A stretch of 64,000 nucleotides of DNA from Planctomycetota bacterium (GCA_044222185.1 JBGANV010000002.1:32001-96000); one strand, 5' to 3'. Counted from the first letter of the stretch, positions 22,404 to 32,247 are shown. Numbers and translations: made by a program. Notes: generated by a model not told the origin, from the letters alone.

Positions 22404-23750
22404 ATGACGAACGTGAATCAGGTCAGCAGCGTCCGACGGCACGACATCGGTTTCCACCCCAAGCCCACGAGCCAACTGCAGGTCGGTGCAGGAACGATCG
22501 ACACGGGTCGATACCTGATCGAGATCCTGGGCCCTGGCGACGTGCGCGTGACGGATCGCACGAACAACACGAACTTCCGTGCCTGGGGTGATCCGCACAT
22601 CACGACCGGTGACAACGACCGTGCCCACTTCGAGGATGGACCGTTGACCATCGTCCTCCAGGACGGCACGCAGCTCACCTACGTGCCGACGGCGAAGGAC
22701 GCGAACGGGGTCGCGTGGCTCGACAAGCTCGCCGTCAAGCGGGGCAACGAAGCCGTGTGTGTCACGGACATCAAGACCGCTCCGAAGGTCGGTCAGGTCG
22801 GCCGCAACGCAGCCATGATCGACGGCTGCTTCGACCACGGCACTGTCATGTACGCTGGCGACCAGGTCGATGACCTGTTCTTCCAGGTTGACGGTCAGGA
22901 GCTGGTCGGCACCGATCCGCGCGGCGGTCAGTTCGGCGGCGAATGGGACCTGGATGGCCGCGGCGGAACGGCACCAACCTTCACGACTTCACCGATCCGC
23001 GGCACACCGTCGTTCCCGAACGACCCGGGCCGCCCGTGCGTTCTCCCACCGGCACCGCCGGCGATCTGGAACATGATCGAGAAGGGCCTCGCGGAACTCC
23101 TCCAGGGCGGACAGAACCCATTCGGCCACATGGACCCGCTGCGCGGGCTCGGCGCCCTTCTCATCCGCCAGTTGCTCCAGCAGTTCTGGTCGAACCTGGG
23201 CGGCGACGTGCCGTTCAAGCCGATCGGACCGCCGCAGAACGGCGGCTGCTTCGGACGCCCGGTTCATGCGCTGCGAGACTCTGCCTCGACCCCCGCGAAC
23301 GGCCAGGCGCCGGCGAATCTCGGAACGACGGGCTCCGTCGGGTCGAAGGGCAACTCGGTCGGCGGCAGCTCGGCCGGTGGGACCTCCGCGGCGGATGGCG
23401 TCACGTCGAACAACCGGGTCTACGGCGGAAAGTACTCGAGCAACGTCGACATCTTCACGCTCATCGCCATGATCCTTCACGACATGCAGGCCGACCTGGC
23501 GACCAAGGCGCAGGAACTCGCGAGCGTCTCGAACGAGATCAACACGCTCCGGGGCCAGTCGCCCCAGGGCGGCCAGCAGGCCGGCGGCGACACCACTCAG
23601 ATGTCGAACCTCGAGTCGAAGCGCAGCCAGCTCCTCTTCGAGATCGAGCAGCTCAAGCAGAAGATCACGGAGATGTCGGATCTGCGATCGAACATGTCGA
23701 AGACCGATCACGAGACCGCCATGACGATGATCCGGAACGTCGGGAACTGA
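22404..23750 (+). CDS. Putative T3SS substrate: N-terminal DUF1521/MIIA (GDPH autocleavage) domain plus needle/filament-like C-terminal helices
   Basis: RBS GAGGAG; WGDPH (22584-22598) in context VRVTDRTNNTNFRAWGDPHI...TIVLQDGTQLT; G/S-rich linker; C-terminus LRSNMSKTDHETAMTMIRNVGN; no Sec signal. Confidence 0.72.
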   Translation: MTNVNQVSSVRRHDIGFHPKPTSQLQVGAGTIDTGRYLIEILGPGDVRVTDRTNNTNFRAWGDPHITTGDNDRAHFEDGPLTIVLQDGTQLTYVPTAKDANGVAWLDKLAVKRGNEAVCVTDIKTAPKVGQVGRNAAMIDGCFDHGTVMYAGDQVDDLFFQVDGQELVGTDPRGGQFGGEWDLDGRGGTAPTFTTSPIRGTPSFPNDPGRPCVLPPAPPAIWNMIEKGLAELLQGGQNPFGHMDPLRGLGALLIRQLLQQFWSNLGGDVPFKPIGPPQNGGCFGRPVHALRDSASTPANGQAPANLGTTGSVGSKGNSVGGSSAGGTSAADGVTSNNRVYGGKYSSNVDIFTLIAMILHDMQADLATKAQELASVSNEINTLRGQSPQGGQQAGGDTTQMSNLESKRSQLLFEIEQLKQKITEMSDLRSNMSKTDHETAMTMIRNVGN

Positions 23751-23802
23751 GCGAGCAGCGCCGGACGGCGGGGCGCTCGCCCCCTGCATCCCGAGGCGCG
23801 CG

Positions 23803-23839
23803 CGACACCCACGGACGGCACTGCCGCCCGTGGGTGTCG
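23803..23839 (+). terminator. Strong hairpin after the MIIA gene (terminator or mRNA-stabilising stem)
   Basis: CGACACCCACGG...CCGTGGGTGTCG 12 bp perfect stem plus inner CGGCA/TGCCG; no clear U-tract. Confidence 0.5.
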
Positions 23840-23888
23840 GCATGTCAGGAGTCCTCTTCCGCGGGTGCAACCACTGGGGAATCCCACT

Positions 23889-23914
23889 GCAACCAAGGGC
23901 CGCCGAAACGATCA
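23889..23914 (+). promoter_or_regulatory. Island promoter motif GCAAC-N15-CGATCA
   Basis: Intergenic, about 70 nt upstream of ATG 23986. Confidence 0.7.
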
Positions 23915-23985
23915 CCAGGCAGTCGGTCGCAGCAACGTGCGCGATCGCGAATCACCGCCCATCAAGAGGACTGGGGAGAACGTCA

Positions 23986-25221
23986 ATGAGTTTCGGATTG
24001 GGAAGCCTGACCAAGGGGATACGGGACGTCGCGAAGGATGCCGTGGAATCAGTCGCTGGGAAAGCGGTCGACGCCGTGAAGGGAGTCGCGAAGGACGCGG
24101 CCAAGACGGTGGTGAAAGGCGGCCTCGCCTACGTCACCGGCGGCGCGTCGCTCCTCTTCGACAAGCAGATCGACAAAGCCATCGACAAGGGGATCGACAA
24201 GCTCGCCGATCGAGGCGAGAAGTACCTCGACCGCGCGGCCGACAAGCTGTTCGACGACGTCGAGGGACAGTTCGTGAAGCGGTCGAACGGTTCTGGCACC
24301 TCGGCTGACCTGCCATCGAACGATGAGCTGCGCCAGTCGTTCGTGGGCGACGTGCGAGGACTCATCGCGCCCCAGACTGGGGGCGCCGGCGTCGCGAAGA
24401 ACATCAACCCCGCCGCGGCAGCGTTCGTCGACGCGATCAAGCCGGCGGATGGAAAGAACATCAGCGAGGAACAGCTCTTCGCACTCGGCGCGTTCATCCG
24501 CACGGCCGCGCTCGCCGGACCCGCGGCGGCCCAGAAGTTCCTGGAGCAGTTCGCGGCACAGGCGTCGAAGCTCGGCGCAGGTGGCGGATCGGTGCCCGTC
24601 GAGAAGGCTACGGTCGCCGCGCTGCAGGACATGGTGAAGTCCGGCGCACTCCCGGCGGAACAGGCGGACAGGATCTACTCCGAAGCCTTCGCCGGCGCTC
24701 AGCTCGATCGCGACGCGTCGCAACTGTTCGACGGGACTGGCGGACCCAACGACCCGACGCAAGCCACGGCCCCGCTCGAGCAGGGACTGGGGAGCCTCTT
24801 CGATCGCCTGAACGGGTTCGGCAATGGGCAATCCGCAGCGCCACGCAAGCTCGCCGAGGCCAGGCCGGACGCGCGGCCGACGACCGCTCCCGGCGGCTCG
24901 GCGCCGGGATCGCGGGGCGGCATTCGCGTCGACGGTCCCCAGGGTTTCCTGTTCAAGCCGGTCTCCGACAGCGACGGGAAGCTCGTGGTGCTCCTCCCGA
25001 AGAAGTTCAGCGGAAAGGTGAAGAGCCTCGTCATCCGCGACTCGACGGGGAAGGTGATCGACAAGGGCCGTGCAACCGGTATCGGCAACGGCGATCGCGA
25101 GCACTTCCGCTTCAAGAAGGCGGGTGCGAGCTATCCCCCGAACGTCACCGTCGAGGTCACGCTCGAAGACGGAACGACGAAGAGCTGGCCCATCGGCGAC
25201 CCCTCGCAGCGCTACGACTGA
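23986..25221 (+). CDS. Hypothetical protein, candidate T3SS substrate (amphipathic K/D/A-rich N-terminal helices, beta-rich C-terminal domain)
   Basis: RBS GGGGAG; MSFGLGSLTKGIRDVAKDAVESVAGKAVDAVKGVAKDAAK; C-terminal GFLFKPVSDSDGKLVVLLP...GNGDREHFRF; own motif promoter. Confidence 0.65.
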   Translation: MSFGLGSLTKGIRDVAKDAVESVAGKAVDAVKGVAKDAAKTVVKGGLAYVTGGASLLFDKQIDKAIDKGIDKLADRGEKYLDRAADKLFDDVEGQFVKRSNGSGTSADLPSNDELRQSFVGDVRGLIAPQTGGAGVAKNINPAAAAFVDAIKPADGKNISEEQLFALGAFIRTAALAGPAAAQKFLEQFAAQASKLGAGGGSVPVEKATVAALQDMVKSGALPAEQADRIYSEAFAGAQLDRDASQLFDGTGGPNDPTQATAPLEQGLGSLFDRLNGFGNGQSAAPRKLAEARPDARPTTAPGGSAPGSRGGIRVDGPQGFLFKPVSDSDGKLVVLLPKKFSGKVKSLVIRDSTGKVIDKGRATGIGNGDREHFRFKKAGASYPPNVTVEVTLEDGTTKSWPIGDPSQRYD

Positions 25222-25329
25222 GCGGCCTTTCGCGCCAGCCGGGCCGTCGATCCGCGACGGCCCGCTCGCGCGATGTGAGCGACCAGGTCCTCCACCGGCA
25301 CACCTTTCTCCGAGTCCCCGGACGTTTCC

Positions 25330-25356
25330 GCAACAAGTCCGCCATGGCTGCGATGA
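25330..25356 (+). promoter_or_regulatory. Island promoter motif GCAAC-N16-CGATGA
   Basis: Ends 10 nt before kinase ATG 25367 (very short leader). Confidence 0.65.
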
Positions 25357-25366
25357 GAGGGGCATC

Positions 25367-28300
25367 ATGACCTGGGATCAAAACACAGACTCCATCCTCG
25401 TCCGAGTCCCCGAAGCCAACGGATACAAGGTCCTCGAGGACTGCATCCTGTACTCACGCATCGGTGAGGGCGGATTCGGCGCCGTCTACCAGGCGTTCCA
25501 CATGCGCATGGAGATGGACGTCGCCGTCAAATGCATGAAGCCGCAACTCGACGCGGGCCCCGCCCTCCGGGCCGAGCTGCAGAAGCGCTTCGTTCGCGAG
25601 GCGCAATTCGGAGCCCGGATCACCCATCAGAACCTGGTGGGAATCAAGGACGTCCGGACCGCTCACGACGTCGACTACATCGTGATGGAGTACATCCGCG
25701 GCGAGAACGCCGAGCAGCGTCTCCGCCGCAAGCGCGTGCTCTCGGTCCCTGAAGTCACGTCGATCGTCCGGTTCGCTGCGCTCGGCCTCGCGGAAGTCCA
25801 CAGCCGGACGAGCGAAGACGGAGAGCCGTGCGCTCATCGCGACGTCAAACCCCAGAACATCATGGTGGCGACGACGGGACGCGTGAAGATCCTCGATCTG
25901 GGACTCGTGCGCTCGCGCCAGGCCAACTCGAGTCATACGTCCTTGGGAATGGGCGCCGCCGGCACACCGCCTTACATGCCACCGGAGCAGTTCGACAGCT
26001 TCGCATCGGCCGGTCCAGCGGCCGACGTCTGGGCCCTGGGCGCGACGCTGTACTCGCTCCTGACCGGCGAGGCGCCGTTCCGCGGCAGCGAACACGAGAT
26101 CAGGAAGGCCGTCACCACCGGGGCCTTCCCCGACGTGGCGGCGAAGCGTGCGGATGTCCCTGCGGCACTTCGCGCCATCATCGAACGATGCACGCGAAAA
26201 GATCCGTCGGAGCGGTTCCGGACGGCCGCCGAGTTCGCGGTCGCTCTCGACCCGTTCGCCACGCTTCAGGAGGCTGACCTGGCAGATCAGAATGCCGGAC
26301 GCGACGGTGATCCGTCGCCGTTGGGCCGACCGTCAGCGGAGACGGTGGCATCCATCCAGCACGAGATCGGTGCCGCACACACGCCGCCATTCCCCGCGAC
26401 GTTCCCGCCGACGGTGCCGCCACCGCCCCATCGATCGCCCGTCGCCCGCGCAGCCGCGATCCTCTGCGTGATCCTCTCAGCGGTCGGCGGTTACCTGTGG
26501 CTTGCGGCCGACGAGGGGTGGCCACCGTTCCGGCCGTCGCCATCGCCGAACCCGCATCCAGGCCCGACGCCGGTCGTCGAGAAGTCGTTCCGAACCGTGG
26601 CGATGAAAGACCTGTGCGACGTCTCGATCGGCCAGGCGGACGGTACGCGCAGCGGGCCGGAGAGCCGACCGATGCAGCGCTTCGCGGCGCTCGAGGCTCC
26701 CAGCCTGCCGCCCTTCACTGCCGAGCAGGTCGTGGTGAACGTCAAACGTCACCGTGCTGCGACGCGGATCTCCGTGACCGTTGGATTGAACCGCGCTCAG
26801 CTGACGCCGAACCCAAAACCCGACCACGACGAGTACACGGTCGACATCCCCGTGGGGACGACGAGCCTCCACCTGGAGGCCGTCTTCGATGATCCAACGG
26901 AGCATCTCGACGCCTCGGCAACGCTATCGCTCACTCGGGAACGAGCGACGGTCCCGTTCGACACGCTCGCGCGAATCGAGTGGCGGTGCGAGCCAGGCGC
27001 GGCGTACGGCGCACCACCCGCAACGACGACGGCGGAGTCACTCGACGTCCGTATCGTCCCCGCAAGCCCCGCGGCCGATCTGACGCACGTGACGCTGGAA
27101 TGCGCTGGCACGCCGATCCCGCTCGATGCTCTGGCTGCCGGTACGTCCGAGGCTCGCATCCCGCTTGGCGCTGCCGGAAGGAAGACGGTCACATGCTTCG
27201 TGTCGACCGCGACGAAGGAGGCGACATCCACCGTCGTGATCGAGCGCTCCGAGCCCGAGCGTCGCCCCGCCGCGCCGATCGCCTTGGCGCCGAAGACTCC
27301 GTTGAAGTCGAATGCGGACTCGTGCGAGGTCCTGCTCGAGGGGCCCCCTGAGAAAACGGTCGTGACCCTCGTGACGCTACGTGGGCGAACGACGGTGAAA
27401 ACGCCCATGTCGGAACCGTTCGACCGGACACGCGTCCAGTTGTCCTGCCGCGTGAGCGGGCAGACGCCCATGGTTCTCGACGACAAGGCCGCCCGCTCCA
27501 CGCTCGCGCTCGCTCAAGCCGATTCGGCATTGTCGACGAGTGCCGACGTGGAGGTCGTCGCGAACTGGCACGACGTCCCCCTCGCCCACATGACGGCAAC
27601 CATTCACGTGGATCGTCAGCCACCGACGTTCCAGTTCCGGGAGTGGGAAGACATCGACGGCCTGAAACTGGCGATGTCCTATCTCGAGGGAAATCCGCGA
27701 CTCACGGCGCGCCTTCACGTCTCCGAGCCGATCGAGGTCGTCGATCCACCCTCCGACTCGACGATCGCCCTGGTCAACCCGACGACGATCCAGGTCGGGA
27801 CTCCGCTCCTGCCGTCAGGAGCGTCAGTGTCGGTATCGGTGCGCGACGCGGCTGGAAACGAGGCCCGGTTCGATCGCACCTTCGAAGACGCACTCGCCTA
27901 CGCACGCAAGCGCCTGCCGCTCGGCGATGATCCGGCCAAGGGTCGGCGGTTCCTCGTCCTGCCGTTCTTGCCCGAGAAGCCAGCGAAGCAGTCCATCGAA
28001 CGCCGCGCATTCGCGCCGGTCTTCGATCCGAACGCGGTGAAGGGCGAGTACGAAGCGGATCGCATCACGACCGAGTGTCGTGACGAAGTGGTCCGGCGGC
28101 TGCGCGAACTCGTGCCGAACGTGGAGCTCATCGACAACCGTGAGGTCGACTCGATCCTGGGCGTCATCGACCCGCCAAGCCCCGGGGTGATCAATGCGGC
28201 CGCCCTGAATGGCAGCTTCGACCATGGGGTCGCAGCCCGACTCGCGGTGATCCTCCGGGCAGACGGCTGGATCCAGGGATCGTTCAAGCTCCTGACGGAT

Positions 28301-28591
28301 GGCGCACCGGAGAACGTGAGCTACCGCGTCGACGCGCAACTCACCCTCACCCTGTACGCCGTGAACGCGGACGGGACCGCCACCGAGCGTGGCCGCGTCG
28401 ACCTGCGAGCCAAGGGGGCCACGAGCAATCAAAATCGCCGCGACATCGTCGACGTCGTCCGGCCGGAGGCCGTTCGAAATGCTCTGCAAGTCATGATCGG
28501 CAAATATATTAGGAAGCTCGACACCGCCGAGCTTCCGCCGCTCCATCTGACGGATTTTCCAAGGACTCTCGGAGACGCCACGAAGCGATGA
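25367..28591 (+). CDS. Transmembrane Ser/Thr (Hanks-type) kinase with large extracytoplasmic Ig-like region and C-terminal CsgG/TolB_N-like domain
   Basis: GEGGFGAV, VAVK, HRDVKPQN, DLG, GTPPYMPPE, DVWALG; TM AAAILCVILSAVGGYLWL; beta-rich region with VRDAAGNE. Confidence 0.92.
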   Translation: MTWDQNTDSILVRVPEANGYKVLEDCILYSRIGEGGFGAVYQAFHMRMEMDVAVKCMKPQLDAGPALRAELQKRFVREAQFGARITHQNLVGIKDVRTAHDVDYIVMEYIRGENAEQRLRRKRVLSVPEVTSIVRFAALGLAEVHSRTSEDGEPCAHRDVKPQNIMVATTGRVKILDLGLVRSRQANSSHTSLGMGAAGTPPYMPPEQFDSFASAGPAADVWALGATLYSLLTGEAPFRGSEHEIRKAVTTGAFPDVAAKRADVPAALRAIIERCTRKDPSERFRTAAEFAVALDPFATLQEADLADQNAGRDGDPSPLGRPSAETVASIQHEIGAAHTPPFPATFPPTVPPPPHRSPVARAAAILCVILSAVGGYLWLAADEGWPPFRPSPSPNPHPGPTPVVEKSFRTVAMKDLCDVSIGQADGTRSGPESRPMQRFAALEAPSLPPFTAEQVVVNVKRHRAATRISVTVGLNRAQLTPNPKPDHDEYTVDIPVGTTSLHLEAVFDDPTEHLDASATLSLTRERATVPFDTLARIEWRCEPGAAYGAPPATTTAESLDVRIVPASPAADLTHVTLECAGTPIPLDALAAGTSEARIPLGAAGRKTVTCFVSTATKEATSTVVIERSEPERRPAAPIALAPKTPLKSNADSCEVLLEGPPEKTVVTLVTLRGRTTVKTPMSEPFDRTRVQLSCRVSGQTPMVLDDKAARSTLALAQADSALSTSADVEVVANWHDVPLAHMTATIHVDRQPPTFQFREWEDIDGLKLAMSYLEGNPRLTARLHVSEPIEVVDPPSDSTIALVNPTTIQVGTPLLPSGASVSVSVRDAAGNEARFDRTFEDALAYARKRLPLGDDPAKGRRFLVLPFLPEKPAKQSIERRAFAPVFDPNAVKGEYEADRITTECRDEVVRRLRELVPNVELIDNREVDSILGVIDPPSPGVINAAALNGSFDHGVAARLAVILRADGWIQGSFKLLTDGAPENVSYRVDAQLTLTLYAVNADGTATERGRVDLRAKGATSNQNRRDIVDVVRPEAVRNALQVMIGKYIRKLDTAELPPLHLTDFPRTLGDATKR

Positions 28592-28646
28592 GAAGCGGAC
28601 GCGGCGGCTGCCGCGCCCCCCGCCCGAGAGAATTTCGCACCGACGA

Positions 28647-28673
28647 GCAACGACCCGTTCCCGATTGCGATTG
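28647..28673 (+). promoter_or_regulatory. Island promoter motif GCAAC-N16-CGATTG upstream of the ECF sigma
   Basis: Intergenic, ends 9 nt before ATG 28683. Confidence 0.6.
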
Positions 28674-28682
28674 GAGGATGTC

Positions 28683-29525
28683 ATGCAAACATCCACCCCC
28701 GAACTCGACGTTCGTTCTGGCAACCGAAAGAAGTCCGTCCGAGACCCGCGCAAAGTGGACGGATCGGCACGAGGACTGGGGGCGCAGCTGACCCTCCCCG
28801 CGGGGAGCCCGAAAATGACTTCGGCCAATCGCAACGACGACGGCACGGTGCCATGTCTTCCCGGCACGGGACGAGGCACGACTCCGGGAGACGTCATGCC
28901 TCCCAAGGCCGCGACGCCGATCAACACACATGCCGCATTCATCGAGGCGAAGGCGGGTTCCTGGGATGCCTTCTATGAGCGAGTCCGCCCGATCCTCATG
29001 GATGCCCTCCGCGGCGTACGCCTGCCCTCCGACTTCGACGCCGAAGACGTGATCCAGATGACGATGTACGAGGCGCTCATCGGGATCGAATCCTGGGTCG
29101 ACGTGAATCCTCGGGCATGGATCTGCTCCATTCTCCGGAACACGGTCATCGACGGTTGGCGCAAGTACAACGCCCGGAAGCGCACGGCAAACCGAGCCAT
29201 GTCGCTGAACGACGTCGAGGCCGTCGGCGACATCGAAGGGCGCGACATCGAGCGTCCCAGCGCCATCGCCCGCTTCAACGAAATGAAGGCCGCCCTCGAT
29301 GTCGTGATGAAGCAACTCAAGCCCGAGTACCTCGAGATCCTGCGACTCCGCGAGGCGGAAGGGACCGATTACGCCGAGCTCGCCGCGCTCCTGAACCTCA
29401 CCGAGAGCGGCGCCCGCGCCCGGGTGCTGCGCGCGCGCCGTCGGCGCGCCGAGCTGCTGAGTCGCATGCTCCCCGACCTCCCGATCGACAACGTCTTCAA
29501 CGAGACCACGACGTCGGCCGGATGA
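28683..29525 (+). CDS. ECF-type sigma-70 factor between two Ser/Thr kinases
   Basis: Region 2 DAEDVIQ...RAWICSILRNTVIDGWR; region 4 YLEILRLREAEGTDYAELAALLNLTESGARARVLRAR; start uncertain, later ATGs possible. Confidence 0.88.
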   Translation: MQTSTPELDVRSGNRKKSVRDPRKVDGSARGLGAQLTLPAGSPKMTSANRNDDGTVPCLPGTGRGTTPGDVMPPKAATPINTHAAFIEAKAGSWDAFYERVRPILMDALRGVRLPSDFDAEDVIQMTMYEALIGIESWVDVNPRAWICSILRNTVIDGWRKYNARKRTANRAMSLNDVEAVGDIEGRDIERPSAIARFNEMKAALDVVMKQLKPEYLEILRLREAEGTDYAELAALLNLTESGARARVLRARRRRAELLSRMLPDLPIDNVFNETTTSAG

Positions 29526-29713
29526 CGCTGGGGCCGCACTCCCGGCCCAGACGCGCCGCGGCTGCCCGCGCCGCGTTTTCCCCCGCCGACTCGCATCTTC
29601 CGCCATCCTGATTATCCTCTCCGGCGCCCCGGTCGAACCCGGGGCCCGCCCGGTTCAGGCCGAGGGCACCGACCGTCGACCTCGAGCCGATCGGACACGA
29701 CGGAGTGGAATCA

Positions 29714-32188
29714 ATGAAGCCCAGCGACCCCGCGGCGGCCGGCGGGAACGATGACCCTTCGCGCGAAACCGCCAGTTCGATCGGTGCGTCCGCACCCGGT
29801 GCCGCGGAGATCCGCGCCGAGCTCCGCCAGCGGTACACCGAACTCCTGCTCGGTTTGAACGCGACCGCTCCGCAGACGCCAGGCGCCGAGCTCTCTCGAA
29901 CTCAGCCCCCGACGGAGGCTCAGGGTGACGGAGGGATCATCGTGCCTGCGCCCGGGGTCCGCCTGGGCGACATCGTGCTCGAAGCGGAACTCGGCCACGG
30001 TGGCATGGGCGTCGTCTTCAAGGCGCGCGACCTGCGCCTCGACCGGCCCGTCGCCGTGAAGTTCCTGCTCCCGGAACGCGCAGCGCGCGAGAAGGCGACA
30101 GAACGATTTCGCCGTGAAGCCACCATCGGCGCAAAGCCCGGGATCCCCGGCGTCTGTCGCGTCCTCGATTTCGGTGAGTTCCGCGGCCTCCACTACATCG
30201 TCATGGAGTTCATCGAGGGCGCGACGCTGCATCGACATCTCGTCGATGCCGCGAAGACGCCACTCGATGCACGATCACCGGTCGATCGCGCAGATCGCGC
30301 CGGCGAGGCGCCATCGGCGACGACGCTGCCGCTGGAGACGGGGACTCCATCGTCCAAGACGGCGGTGCCAACTGCCCCTGATGCATCGACGACGCAATCG
30401 GACTCGCCCGCCACCCAGCTCGATCGCGGCATCCACTGGATCGAACAGGCCGCCTTGTCCGTGCACGCGTGCCACGAGCACGGCGTCATCCACCGGGATC
30501 TCAAACCGTCGAACATCATGATTCGCAGCGACGGCGTCCCGGTCGTCCTCGATTTCGGCCTCGCCTTCGACTCCCAGTTCGATGGAACGAGCCGGCTGTC
30601 GACGAGCGGCCACCCCATGGGTACGCCCGAGTACATGGCGCCGGAGCAGGTCGAGGGACGCCTGGATGCGATCGATCGCCGCACCGACGTCTATGCGCTG
30701 GGCGTGATCCTCTACGAATGGTTGACGCTGAAGCGCCCCTTCTCCGCCGCGACGCCGCAGGCCTGCTACTACCGGATCGTCAACGAAGCGCCCACCGATC
30801 CAAGGGCGGTGCGGCCGGGGATCGCGGCCGACCTCTCCGCGGTCTGCCTGAAGGCGATGGCGAAGCGGCCGGACGATCGCTACGCGACGGCAGCCGCTTT
30901 TGCGCGGGATCTCCGGCACTTCCTGCGCGGCGAGCCGACGACGGCCCGCCCGCCGACGACGACCCAGCAGTTGATCCGACGGGTGAGGAAGTGGCGGTGG
31001 CAGTTCACCGCGACCGCCCTTGCGGTGGTCGCTCTCGCCCTCGCGTTCAGGCCCGGGTCGAGCGGTCCTTCACCCACGATCGTCCAAGCGCGCGAGCGCA
31101 CCCGAACCGCGAGGCTTCAGTATGCGAATCAAGACTACGCCGGCGCGGCCGAGTCCTTCGCGAAAGCCGTCGAGGTGCTCCGAACGGATCCGAGCATGAC
31201 GCCGGACAACGAGGAGCTACTGAGCGTTCGACTCAACCTCGCTCAAGCCCTCGCATCGTCGAAGAAAATCGATCAAGCGGGCGTCGTCATCGACGAGGTG
31301 CTCGCGACGGCGGAACGCAAGCTCGGCCCGAGCGCGCGCTTCGTTCTCCAAGCCCGCCTCACCAAGGCGGTCGTGGTGCGTGCACTCGAAGGCCCCGAGG
31401 CGTCGCTCCCCATCCAGCAGGCCGCGATCGACGGCCTCGCCAAGATCTTGCCAGCCGACGACGAAGTCCTCCTGAACGGTCGCGGCGACCTCGCAGCAAC
31501 GGAACACCTCCTCGGGCACCTGGACGTCGCGTTGCGAATCCAGCAGGACGAGGTGCTCCCTGGCTTGCAGCGTCTTCGCGGCCCGGACGCAATGGACGTT
31601 TTGGGCCTCCAAGTCAACATCGCGGGCACTCTCGTGATGCTCGGCCGCTTCGCAGAAGCAGAACGCCTCTCGGCTGAAGTCATCCCCAAACTCGCCGACG
31701 CGGGGGTTTCGGAGAAACGGGCCGTACGGCAGGCCGCCCTGGGCACACGCGCGCTCGCCCTCTACAAGCTCGGCCGGTTCGCCGAAGCCAGACAGATTCA
31801 GGTGGATCTCGTCGGAGTCCGCGAACGGAACGAGGGCCCACAGAGTCAACAACTCGCGGCGTCTCGCCTGCAGCTCGCTCTCACCCTGATGCAGCTGGAT
31901 GACGTCGAAGGGGCGGCGGCCCAGCTTGCTGCGATCGCCGACGCCTTCCCCTCCGTGATCTCGCCGTCGAATCCCGACCTTCATGACCTGCGGGAGTCGG
32001 TGGCGGAGGTCCTGTTCCGAAGAGGCGACGTGGACCAGGCGATCGCATGCCTCGCAGCGCTAGTCGACGAATACGAGGAGACGCCGCCGGAGAACCCCAA
32101 GGTCCAGGGACGCGTCGGAGCCCGACTCGCCGCCCTGCGCGCCGCCGCAGAGACGCGGAGGGATCCCGCGTCACGGCCCGTGAAGTGA
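29714..32188 (+). CDS. Ser/Thr kinase with hydrophobic segment and C-terminal TPR repeats
   Basis: GHGGMGVV, VAVK, HRDLKPSN, DFGLA, GTPEYMAPE, DVYALG; TPR-like units such as LGRFAEAERL and LGRFAEARQI. Confidence 0.93.
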   Translation: MKPSDPAAAGGNDDPSRETASSIGASAPGAAEIRAELRQRYTELLLGLNATAPQTPGAELSRTQPPTEAQGDGGIIVPAPGVRLGDIVLEAELGHGGMGVVFKARDLRLDRPVAVKFLLPERAAREKATERFRREATIGAKPGIPGVCRVLDFGEFRGLHYIVMEFIEGATLHRHLVDAAKTPLDARSPVDRADRAGEAPSATTLPLETGTPSSKTAVPTAPDASTTQSDSPATQLDRGIHWIEQAALSVHACHEHGVIHRDLKPSNIMIRSDGVPVVLDFGLAFDSQFDGTSRLSTSGHPMGTPEYMAPEQVEGRLDAIDRRTDVYALGVILYEWLTLKRPFSAATPQACYYRIVNEAPTDPRAVRPGIAADLSAVCLKAMAKRPDDRYATAAAFARDLRHFLRGEPTTARPPTTTQQLIRRVRKWRWQFTATALAVVALALAFRPGSSGPSPTIVQARERTRTARLQYANQDYAGAAESFAKAVEVLRTDPSMTPDNEELLSVRLNLAQALASSKKIDQAGVVIDEVLATAERKLGPSARFVLQARLTKAVVVRALEGPEASLPIQQAAIDGLAKILPADDEVLLNGRGDLAATEHLLGHLDVALRIQQDEVLPGLQRLRGPDAMDVLGLQVNIAGTLVMLGRFAEAERLSAEVIPKLADAGVSEKRAVRQAALGTRALALYKLGRFAEARQIQVDLVGVRERNEGPQSQQLAASRLQLALTLMQLDDVEGAAAQLAAIADAFPSVISPSNPDLHDLRESVAEVLFRRGDVDQAIACLAALVDEYEETPPENPKVQGRVGARLAALRAAAETRRDPASRPVK

Positions 32189-32247
32189 GCGCTGGAGATT
32201 CGCGCCGTCGCCGCACCACGCGAGCGGCGGCGGCGACGGGCCCCTCG

